Both the position numbers and the translations under genes were made by a program. A stretch of DNA of 24,848 bases from a virus. Shown here one piece after another: positions 11,040 through 22,700 of this stretch. The notes beneath the pieces were generated by a model that did not search any database, was not told the DNA's origin, and was given only the letters and a program-made list of their open reading frames with translations. The stretch is taken from the IMG/VR virus record IMGVR_UViG_3300022752_000043; one strand, given 5' to 3'. Position 1 is the first letter of the stretch. Each line of letters opens with the position of its first letter.

Positions 11040-13786
11040 TTAAACAGACCAGACACTTGAGCATCCAGCATAGGCATATTGACCGCCCGGAAACGTTGCG
11101 TAATTTATCTTTCTTGGGCTTGGTCTTTCTGTGCTAGTATGCTGGTCAACATATTCTCCACCACCAACAGAAACTCCAACATGGCCGTACTCATCTTTAC
11201 CGCCAGTCCAGAAAACCAAGTATCCAGCCGGAGGATTTTTGCCGGTTTCAGAATCAGCGGAATACCATTGTTTATTTTCTGTTCCATTATTTTTAATATC
11301 TTCCCAGTGTGCTCCAGCAGTTTCGTAGTTTCTCAGCGTCTGCGTGGGCACTGTAGTCTTGAAAGCTTCACCCTCCCATGCTTGAGTTGTAAGATTGGTT
11401 TCAGCGGCTGCGAATAAACCGACAGATGCGGAAAGAACTCTTGCAAACCTGTCGCATTGGAAATTAGCAACACCGTTTTCTATCAAATCTTGTCTATATT
11501 TACTTATCCAAGTTGGAATTCGATTCTGCTTAAGCCAGTTAGCGGCATCAAAAATTTGACCTCTTGTAAAAGTTGCAGATTCGTTTGAATTATTTGAACC
11601 ATCGGCTGTTTCAGGTGTTTGAGCTTGCCCATAATTAATTGGTTTGCTGCTTGCCTCATCTTTGAGTATCCCATCAACTTTTTTGTCACGGTATACATCA
11701 CCATTCATCCAACTTTCAATAAAATCCTTTGTTCTTGGATTAGCTTTGGGTAGATTTTCTCTAACCCAAGTAGTAAGAGTGTCTATCGGTTTACCAGAAG
11801 TCAGATAAACGTTTACTGCGTCTTGGAATTTTGTCTTAAAAATAAAACCACATTCAGACCTGGGGGTTCCATCTCTATTATTGTAATCTCCCCAAGCTGC
11901 AAATCCGTTTGACGTTGTAATTTTCGATTGATTTTTAAAATCAACCCTTCCCCATTTTGTCATAAGCATCCATATCTGGTTTATCGGATACCATAATTTA
12001 TCATCCGTATCGGCTTTACCATTGTTTTGTAGTTCTATCATTTTTTTGCCTGTTGCATTTGAATCCCAGCCATTTGTTTTTGCTGGAACGTAAGCTAGTT
12101 CATGTGCTGGATAGAGTTTTGGGTCAACCGCCGTTCCGTTATAATATATGGGAACATTCGAAGAAGTGTTATTTGATTTGTTCATTAATGCAATCAAATT
12201 AAATTGGAAAGAGCCGATTGAATAATCACCAGTCCAAGAAGTGGATGTTTCACCGCATTTGCCATTAAAGGAAGACGGTTTACCGACACTTTCTCTTGCG
12301 GCCACTGCACACAATATTGCAGCGACCTCTTCACTAAAGGGTCCTTCGCTTGAAAGTAATATAAAAAATTCGTTTAAAGATATATCAGGTCCCCCAGATT
12401 TATAATTAGTAAGAGCCTTCTGTTTTGCTGCAGATATATCCTGTTCTGTATTTACTGGGACTGAAGACTCTCCTTGTTGTGAACCCTGTTTGCTAACCCA
12501 ACCAGGAGATCCTATATACTGACCTCCCCTATCTGGGCTAAAGCTAATATGAATATTATCTTTGTGCTCAGATGCGGATTCAAAATTGACAAACTTCAAA
12601 TTGGGATACATAGTTTTTATGGGCGTGCTTTCGGATTCAAACCCTTCTCCAACGCCAAGATCTTTCGCAACATCTGGACTAAAAACAATTAAATCTGGGA
12701 TCAATTGCATTGGCAGAGTGTTTAGTCTAGATAAAACATAATGCAGAGACGAAGCGTAATGTTCTTTTGATTTACCAAGATTAGCGAACGAACCAATTGC
12801 GTCAATATCAAAAGCTCTACCAAATACGTGATCTGATATTGTATTTGTGTTATTTTGATCTATTCCGCTAGTAGGATTAACATTTCTTTGAGATGCATCG
12901 TCTTCTGATAAAATTGCTCTTTTAAGGCCAAATCTTCCTTTAATTTCAACACCCTTTGTTGGATCCGTTAACATTAGCAAACACTCTATTAATGCAGCAC
13001 TTACGTAAGCCCTTGCGCTCGGAGCGCTTATCAATGCTGGATCAACACCGCATGGCTTCCGCTGAATCTTGATAGTACGATTTTGTTTGAGAGAATTTAT
13101 ATGAGCTAAGTGTGTTGGGTATATCAAATTCAAAACCAAGAGTAAGTGCATTATCTGGTATTCTAGAGTGAAGCTCTTTACCTCTTTCTAAATAAATTTG
13201 CGATTCTTCTGTAGACAACTCATCGATAATAGCCACTGGCCTTGAACCAAGTGAAGGAGCATTTTGCTTTAGTTCATAGACTATATTATTGTGCTTATAA
13301 AAAGCCCCATTTGATTCTCCAATATAAGAAACAGATTTATTTTTTCCTACGTCACCCATCATTTTTTCTAAAATTGGATTTGGCATTCTTGATGGAGCAA
13401 GCCCTGTACCCATCATTGATTGAGAGATAGTTTTCATATAAGCTTCAGAACCAGAAAGCGTTGGATTCTCACCCTCATTGCCTTGATAATCTGGATTTGG
13501 AACCTCAAACGCTTCGTACTTTGCGCCAGCTGTTAATACTCCGTGAAGAGAAGATTGAACAAATTTACTATTAAGATCCATCAATGTTGCTGGATTTCTT
13601 GAAAGCGCTCCGACCAGCCATTATGTCAACTACATCTCTTGATGTCAAAGACTGATTAACATACTTTTCTTTTGAGGCGGAAGTAACTAAACTATTACTT
13701 CCGCCAGGATTAAACCCATCAGCTATTTTTGAAGTAAATGATTTAGAATTTTCAAAATCATCTATATTTAAACCAAATTCATCCAT
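11040..13786 (-). CDS. Tail-associated lysin of about 914 aa: M15-type Zn peptidase + lysozyme/lytic-transglycosylase-like + CHAP/NlpC-P60 domains; joined through two +1 shifts (CGG at 13610, 13048)
   Basis: The 71-, 180- and 703-aa ORFs join at GGT C|GGA GCG and ATG C|GGT GTT. Motifs: SDHVFGRAFD..HKDNIHISF; AVAARES..SIGSFQFN; QCDRF..GYLVFW..YGHVGVSVGGG. Confidence 0.8.
13047..13050 (-). other. +1 recoding site 6 (CGGT)
   Basis: GAA GCC ATG C|GGT GTT GAT CCA; the 0-frame reads CGG TGT TGA. Confidence 0.8.
13609..13612 (-). other. +1 recoding site 7 (CGGA)
   Basis: ATG GCT GGT C|GGA GCG CTT TCA AGA AAT CCA. Confidence 0.8.
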
Positions 13787-13791
13787 TACAA

Positions 13792-16700
13792 TCAGCTTGA
13801 CCTTTGTTCAATGTATTTTAGACCTGGTATTTGATCATCTAAACCTATTTCAGCTGGCCTACTCCTAAGAAGATCTACGGTATAAACTTGAGCGAGATTA
13901 TTTGTTACTAACTCCCAGTTTAATGTAGCAGCTCCGCCATCATCATAGTACTCATCCCAACCAACATATGGCCATTCCGAAGCCTTTGAGTAGAGAGTTT
14001 CCATTACTTTAAAACTTACTAAAGTATTAAACATTTTTATTTTATCATTTGGTAAATCTATCAAAGGGTCTGATGATCCAGTTACTTCAAAATATTCCTT
14101 TAATTCTGAAGTAAATATTGATGAATATATAACATCAAATTTTTTATACAAAATAGAATCTGGATAAATTTGTTCTTTAAATTTTTGTTTTATAGTGTCT
14201 AAAGTCGCTGATTGGTTATCCAAAAATAAACCTCTTATGCGCAAAATAATATCTTGTAGATCATTTTCTATTAATCTGTAAAACACTGTTCCAAGAGACT
14301 TCTCTGCTTCTTGATCACCGTAATATTTACCTTTTAAGTAGCTACGAGTATTGTTGAATTTAGACCCAGGCGAAACATCATCTTCCGTATAAATAGACGC
14401 TGCAGATAGATCGTTGGGGGATATTCTAATCACAAAAGGAGTTTGTGATAATTTATCGTAAACAAATAAAGCTGATTGTGCGCCAGGTGAATCAATATTA
14501 ATTCCTTCAACAAAAGAAGTATTAACGTACCCCTGGAAAACTCCCAGGTTAGATGCAATAATTCCTTCTAATCTCACCTTAAATGGAGGAGCTTGCGGGT
14601 TAAGCATATCTATAACCTCTATTTCATCTCCGTCAACAACCTTATTTAACTTACATAAAACTTTAAAAAATTGATTAAATCCAGCTTTATCTGGACCTGT
14701 TCCAGAATACCTTAACACTTCTGCATTTACCAGAGCATTTTCTAAGCTAATATTTCTAACTAGCGACGATATTTGTTTTTCTTTCCAACCCATATTTTTT
14801 AACATTTCATCATAAGTCACAAATGCGCTACCATCTATTGTTCTAACTTTAGAGCGCACTCCCAGTATTCCCGGGAGGAGTCTCTTGGTGTGATATCTGC
14901 CAACAACCATACCTTGATTAATAGAAAGCCCTGCGTCCATTGGTTGACCGTTTCTATTTAAGTATGATATGTAGCAACCATGTTGATCCAAAACATTATC
15001 CCTAACCCATTTCCAGCCCTTCCACATTAAGTCGGTAGTAATTGCTGCAGTAATACCGGCTCCTATTGGCCCACCGACCAATGCGCCAACCGCAGCTGAA
15101 CCGAGAGTTGTTGTAGCGTACATTGCTGCAAGTCCGGTTAAGCTCACATTCGCGTCTGCGTTTGCTTTCAACTGCTGTTCCACTTGGCTTCTAGCGTCGA
15201 ACAAGCCCTCTGCGGTAAAATTGGCCATAATATCTTTACTCAAAGCGCTTGATCCGTGCGTGAACTGAACACCGCCGAGCATCTGCACACGCAGAGACTG
15301 CGCCAACCCATCAACCGAAATATTTCCATTAGACAATATTCCAGTGCTTCCTGCCTGCACTGAATTCATTATCATTCTAGTGTCATTTCTTATATTTTGT
15401 ATAGAAAACCATGAGTGCATCCATGAGGACATAAACCATCTGGCTGGATCGTTAACCGTTACAAATGCGTTTGGCGTAATTGAAGTTACAAAACCCATAT
15501 TCGGAGTAAAATGATGAACAACTTGTTCTACTTCAAATATTCCATACATTCTTTCATAGACGTCAGCTAAGTAAACAAGATCATGTGGTCTTATGTCAGC
15601 GCTGCCTAATACAATTAGTTCTCCAGAATAAATATCTTTTAATGATTCTCTCAAATGTGAAAGAGCAACTCTTCTTGCCATTAGTTCATCTGGTGCGCCT
15701 TGTGTTGTTTTTATGGCGCTTCTGGAAAATTCTATTGGGTTTACAATTGGATGTATCAACCCAGTTATTCCAGAACCAAAAAGATTATCAAAATATAATC
15801 CAGTTTCAATAGTTTTTTCCACTTGTCTTTCAGATGGGATGCTCTTATCTAAAGCAACTGTAACTGGATATTTACCATCAGAAACTGCTGTTATTGACGT
15901 TGCAACGTTTGTTGTTGTCTCTTGTATGTTATTATTTAATATAGTTGAGAACGAACTAATGTAGTGCATTCTTTGGAATGGTTCTCTAACTTCAACAACT
16001 GGTTCTCCATATTCTCTGGTAAATGGATTATCAACTGCTCTTAATATTGAGCCAGGTCTACCCATTGAATAGTAGATTGAATCATTAAGAACCTTATTTA
16101 AAACATTTGCTTGTTTAGCAAAGTTGTCAACTTCAGATAGCTGATAACCCATTTGCATCATGGATATCCTGAACATATTCATGAGTCCGCTTAATCCATC
16201 GCTAAGTGCGGTAAACAAAGGTCCTATATTAGAATCCCAAAAAGAATCTACGTTGTGAGCTAATACGCCAACAAAATTTGTTGCGCTATTTCCTTCTCCT
16301 TTATTATCTGCAAGAAGTTTTAAAAACTTCTTTTTATCAGAAGAATAATTTTGATTTGGATCAATAAACGCAGCAAATATTTTATCTACTGAATGAAAAT
16401 CCCATTCATCTCCCCATGAACCAAATCCAATTCCTATTTTTCTAGATGGTTTAAGAACTAACCACGCTCTTGCATAGGGGTCTTGCCACATGGCCTGCCT
16501 AAATAGGCCAACTATTAACAAAAACAATTGTTTGGCGCTAAGTGATTTTGTTTGTGTTTTTTCCAATAGTTGAGAAACTTTAATCAAACCACCACCAACG
16601 GTTTGCCCAGTAATAAGACTTATGTTACTTGCGTTTTGAAAAAACTTGCCTAACTGTTTATATTTTGAAACTATTAAGCCGTTAAAGTAATTTATTAAAC

Positions 16701-19700
16701 CGCCGTTGATCTAAGGAAGCATCTATTAAATTTCTCCTAGCGTATTCTATAGCTTCATCAACCTGTTTGCTAACAATTGGTTTATTATTTTGATCTTTTC
16801 TAATTGCAGCGCCATAAGGAGTTACGTCATACTGTGGTGTTTTTTGATTAATAAAATCACTTCCAAGAAGAAGCGCGAATTCATCGATTGCACCATTGCC
16901 TGAGGAGGCATACTTTTTTATAATTTCTGGGTTTGAATTTGGATTCTTAATAACTTGCATTATTGTTTCTGGTACTGGTGTATCATCATCTGGATCAAGA
17001 CCAAAAGCATCAAAAAATATTTTTTTAACTGATTCGTAATTATGATAACCAAATCTAAATTGATCCCATATGTCGTTTGCTTGAGACAGTGTCCTTCCAT
17101 CTCCAGCAATTACGTGGACTGAAGAATTAGAGCCTTCATCGTAAAAAGCTCTAGCTTGATTTGATGTTTCATCAAGCGGATCCCAAACGGCTGCATATTG
17201 GACTCTTCCACTCCCACTGTCGTCACCAGTAGTAGGAAGTTCGCTATCAAGAATGTCCCAAAGTTTATCTTTTGACAATTTATCATACTTAGCTGATAGC
17301 ACTAAATCAAAATATCCATCGTTACCGTTTTGTGATGGCAATAGGTTTGCTCCTCTTGCGGCGGCCATAGCAAAATCGCCATCTGTAAGAAGATTGACAC
17401 CACCAACTGGAGCTAATTCTTTAAATATACTACTTAACGCACTATTTGGATTCGAATTTAATGCTTCTACTTGTCTTTCTACCGAATCCGCAGATCCGCC
17501 TATGACTCCAGATCTATATAGTGAACCAGCGCTCACAAGTTCTGCCATAAGTTTTTTACTAGTTGCTTGAGATGCGTCAAATCGACCAAAGCCAACCACC
17601 ATAGAAGAATCGCCAAAAGCCTGCTTTGCTTCTTCTGTAAGACTAAATTCATTCGCTGGATTATACATTGTTGTCACAACACCAAGTGGAGTATCGTCAT
17701 TTACAAACGTGTAATAACATTCTCTTGGAATTGGAACTGGCGCTAGTCCAGATTTTGCTAAACTTGTTGCTGATTTCTGAGCTATTTCATTATCAAATTT
17801 ATTTATTACTGCTTGAAAGTTTCCACCACCATCCCCTGGTCTTTCTAGTGCACTTAAGTGCATCATTCCTAGGTAGTAGGCGGCATCAGGGGAAACAATT
17901 GCAGATATACTATTTGATATAATCTTTGATCCCTCTGCCGTAGAAATGTATGTATCAACTTCATCATTTTTTCCCCACATAAAAAATGCCGGTTTACATA
18001 CAACAGCTGTTCTAGTTATTGGACTATATACTAAAACTTTTCTTTGCTTGTAGTCAGATGGTTTGCCATAAAATTCATTATCTTTTCTATCTTTAAAATA
18101 TTTTTCTTTAAATTTTTTAAACACTTCATCATCCGTGTCTCCGTCAGTTATATCATATGGCCATCTCATTGCAATGTAAAACTGTTCATCAATTGCGGTT
18201 TCTGGACATCCCCAATCTCTATAGCTAAACTTGCTAGAAGAAATTATTTTACTTGTATTTATATATTCGTACTCCCAGCTTCCTTCAAGTTTTGAGGTTA
18301 CTTTAGAAACTTCGTTTCTCATTGACGGTAGCGGCATTCTGACAAAAGCCTTTAGTTTACTATCAGATGTTGATTCAACTATATCGAATATGGAATTTTC
18401 TGCGCTCAATAGGGTGTTTTTATCAAGAGAATTTGTAAAAGAAATTGCATCAAGTTTTATGGAAAACTCAACCTTATCATCTGTGCTACCTTGAATAACA
18501 TCAACCAAAGGAGTTGTTCCGACTAATTGAGCTTCATAAGCTAAAAGATTAATATAAGTTTCATCTGAATAAAGTTTTTTCCAATCTGAACCTCCCTTTT
18601 CAAAGCTGGCGTTTTTTATGTCCCTGTTATGCGAAAGGGCATAGAATGGATAATCCAATAAGACTGCACCAGAAGCCCTATCTGTAAAATAGGGGAAAGA
18701 ATATCTTAATGGTAGTTGTGGAATTTCTTGGTGTACACTTTGAAGATCACTTACCGATATTTGTATTTTGTCTCTATCCGTAGTTATTGGTAAGTGGAAC
18801 CCCACCGTTGCATAACCTTTGTTTATCGGAATTTCTGAAACAACTTTATTTTTTTCATTGTTTAAATATTGAAGTCTTTTTGGATCGGTTAGGTTTATAA
18901 CTCTACCCTTGAGAACACCAGCTGGTGCATATATATTTGCAGCCAGCGACTGATCTCTAGCTATTTGCTCCAAACTAAGAAGCGGACTTTGTATGGTTCT
19001 AAATGCTTCGTAGTCTGCAGTTGGATTGGATGATTGATTAATCTTGTTTAAAAGATCTAATAATTCTGCGTCTGGACTTCTATAGGATGGGGTTTTTAAT
19101 CCCATTTCAACAGCTTTCTTTTCAGAAGGAAACCCTGTTGTTATTGGTACCACGCCAGATGTATAAAGCCAATGTGGCTTTCCATAAAATATTGTAGACC
19201 TATCTTCGAAAGGACGAACGGCAACTATGTAGTTGGGAAGTAGGCGTGCACAAAGCTGGAACATATCCCATACGGTTTTCATGTAAGTTTGGGCCCTAAA
19301 TGAAACTTCGTCAAACCCTGGCATGTCATCGTCTAGAGTGCTTATTAACCCAAGTGTTTGGAATATGTTTGCTCCACCACGACCAGAAAGTGAACCAAGT
19401 AATGTGGCACCACCAAAAGCTGCAGTGGTTGCACCTATTACTGGAAGAGCCAATCCACCCGTACCTACCGCCAATGCGGTGCCAGCAGCAAGTAGAGTGC
19501 CACTAAGAATGACGGAGGCTATACCACCACTTGATCTCGATTCTTTTCCGCTATTAGCAACGTCTATTGCGGCACTTGCTGCTGTTTCACCAGAATTATA
19601 TCTCCTAAGTAGATCATTCCAAGATGCATCCGTAAGCCTATCTAGGTAATGAAGACGAGGATTTGGATTATCTTCGGGCGTTAGCGTAGCTGCATTTGAC

Positions 19701-22700
19701 CAACCATCACCAAGATCGCCACCTAAGAATTGAGCAACGCCTGTTCCATTACCAGGATATATATTTCTTTTAAAAATTTCTAAATCTCTTTGCGCTGCAA
19801 AATTTGCCCACATGGTTCTCATATACCCAAGAGTTGGTATTCTAAAGTTTGCACCTAGAGAAATACCAGTTTGATTAGTGTTATCGCCAAACGGGTTTAA
19901 GGCACCAGCAACCTGAGAAATACCTGCTCCGGTCATTCCTGCTGCAGAACTTATTGGCCCATCACCACCCGCATTTCCCATGGCCAGTAACGTATCGCTT
20001 ACTGCATTTCTGATTCCAAGATTTCTGTTATATTCTATTTCATTAAGCGCTTCGTACGGCATCATGCCAAAGTGTCTAATTCCGAAATTTATTTTCGGAG
20101 AAAATCATACCCCTAGTCGCATATGCAAACGCTTCTCTTACTCTTGAACTACCCATAGAAAGGAGTCTTACCATCAAGTCTCTTGGTTCAGACAGATAAA
20201 GCCCAGTGTTTAAACCACCGTCAATTTTGCCACTGTCACCTTTTTTGTCAACGGAATTAACAACTGGACTTAATTCTATTGCGTCTGATTGACATGTAAC
20301 GGTTACAACTTCTCCAAGTTCGACTTCTGTTATTACTCCATTGAAAACTGTCTGCAGAGAATTTGGATTTGAACCGTAGCCAACTCTTAGATGAACTCTT
20401 ACTCCTGGTTTTAATCTTATGTTTTCAATGTCAACCACGTACTGAGACTCCATATGGCCTAACATATTTCTTGCCGTATTAAGAGTTCTGTCGATAACTG
20501 CTTCCATTCCGTTAGTAAGAGAAAGTTTATCTACACCTGGTTTTGATTCCTGCTCCCCAATACCTCCATTGAAAATTGCCGTCATTTCTTTTGTTGAAAG
20601 TTTTGAATACATATTCGAAACTCTGAATACGAGCGTATCACCAAGTATATCCTCAGAAGAAACTATAGAAAAATCTATTATTGATTGTAGCCCATAAAAG
20701 TTATCAAAAAGTTTCGTTCCGGCAAAAGATCGTTCAGAAATTAACCACAACATATAAGTTGGAAATGCTCTGACCATTCTTCCAGATATATCTCTGTAGG
20801 ATGTATCTAGCATCATTTTTTCCCAGTGCTCAGATGTTGACTTTGCATTGTTTGCATTTTGCATTGTTTGCGGTTTGGAGGAGTCACCAGATGAAAACGC
20901 ATATTGATATTCCGAAAGTGCCTTAGCTCCAGGAACACCCGTCAAGCTTTTTGTGGTTCCTCTGTCTGGAGTTTGTATGTCTGTTATTCCTATGTAGTTT
21001 ACAGAAGCGTCTTTTTTAACAGCAACGTCGTCTATCGTTAAGTAAAACTTTCCGTTAACTTTATCTATATAGCCAAATTGATATCCATCAGCTGTTTGCA
21101 TTATGGAAGGTATTTTTGAATCGTTTGGGTTTTCTACTGCCGGGAATGTGTGTATGATGGCGTGCGCATCGAGTTCGTCTGGATTAAAGCTTATATACTT
21201 ATCTTCTTCTGAATTACCATTTTTTCCAGAAAGAGCGGCTTGCAGTTTTGCTGCTGCTTCTGGATCTTTTGATGAAATATCCCCAAGTTTTAATTGACCA
21301 GACACTATCTTAAAAGCTGAATCTGCTACTGAATCATTTGGAAAATCACTTTCTTCCAAAGTATCAACATAGTCAAGAAGAAATCTTTCATTATCTTCCG
21401 TTTTGAGCGCTTCAACAATAAATGAAGCTACCTGCGATGAGTTAAGGTTTAGAGTTGTTTTTGCGTAACGCTTCAATCCTATGAGATCATTTTTGTTAAT
21501 ATACTGTTTGAATATAGAAAGAATATTTTCATTTTTATATTCGGTTCCACCATATGGAGTAACTACTTTTATTTTTCCTGAAAGATCAACCGCTTCTATA
21601 TTTAGTTTTGCTAATTTACCTTTATTATTTGTTATGTTATTAACAACATCTTTATCTAACATTTCAAAAGATCTGAAATAAAAATCAGGATCTAAACATC
21701 CTACAACTTCCCCATCTTTATTTCTAAGTTCAAGTGGAAAATCCGGGTAAGCATTAAAGGCTCCCCAAAGTTGTTTAATTCTTAAAAATGGATTCTTTTT
21801 TGTTCCAAACTCTTCAATAAGTTTCTTCTGTTGGTCAGAAGATAGTTTTTCTCTTTTTTGTTGGAAAATATCAAAATCAACTAGCCTTATTGCTACATCA
21901 TAAACGTGTGGAAAATTTGGCACTGTCGATACACTAAAGGACAACGGAAGAACATACTTTACACCAGCAAGTGCCGTTACAATATTCTTTATGCCCATAA
22001 ATCCCATTACGCCCGCCGCGTGTTCTAATCGAGCTAAGCCGTTAATATGTTCAAATATTTTTCTTAATTTTATTAATTCCTTTTCTCCAAAAACTTTTAA
22101 GGATATATTTATATAGTTATCTCCACCGCCCACGTGTTGATAAGTAGGCTCTTCTAGCATCTGGACTTGTAATGGAATAATATTATTGCTCATGGAAATT
22201 GACACATCTGTTACGATGGCTGCAGTGGGGTCGATATCCACCCTCACCATTGGGACTTCCCATTCTCTTAAATGAAAGCTTCCCGCTCTTTGTCTAGCGG
22301 CTTCCATCAGATCTCTTATGGGGCCTGCTCTAAAGAATCTTTCATAAACTAAAGCGGAGTATGCGTCGCCGTATTGTTTTTTAATTTTTTCTCTTTCAGA
22401 TTCTTTTTTATCATCTGACCAATCGGTTCCAACATTATTAACAACTTTCTGTAGCTGTTCATCCACTAGAAAATCTAAATAAGAATTAATATTTAAGGCT
22501 TTACTTCTAAAGAATATTTTTATATCAAGAAGTGATTCATCTTTAAATATTACACTTCCGAACTTGTACTGTTGAGATGTCTCTGTAAATGCGTTATCGT
22601 CATTGGAAAAGTTTCTTAAAAAACTTTTTCTGTCTGAATCCAGAGATGAATTTTGTCTTATAAAACTTTCAATTAAAAAAGAATATGCTTTTTGCTGAAA

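Noticed and set aside
13051-13151. N-terminus MHLLLVLNL.. of the 703-aa ORF, and listed starts at 5215, 6518, 13584, 16587, 20065 and 24224
   Set aside because: These appear to be internal codons of longer recoded genes; their frames extend upstream to a CGG junction.
13042-13786. Tail assembly chaperone (lambda G/GT-type) -1 frameshift
   Set aside because: The shifts here are +1, lack an XXXYYYZ slippery heptamer and lead into lysin domains.
1642-21681. Short plus-strand ORFs and nested minus-strand ORFs (10258-10458, 11105-11287, 11504-11704) in the ORF track
   Set aside because: All lie antisense to, or out of frame within, long coding genes and show no recognisable motifs; they are shadow ORFs.
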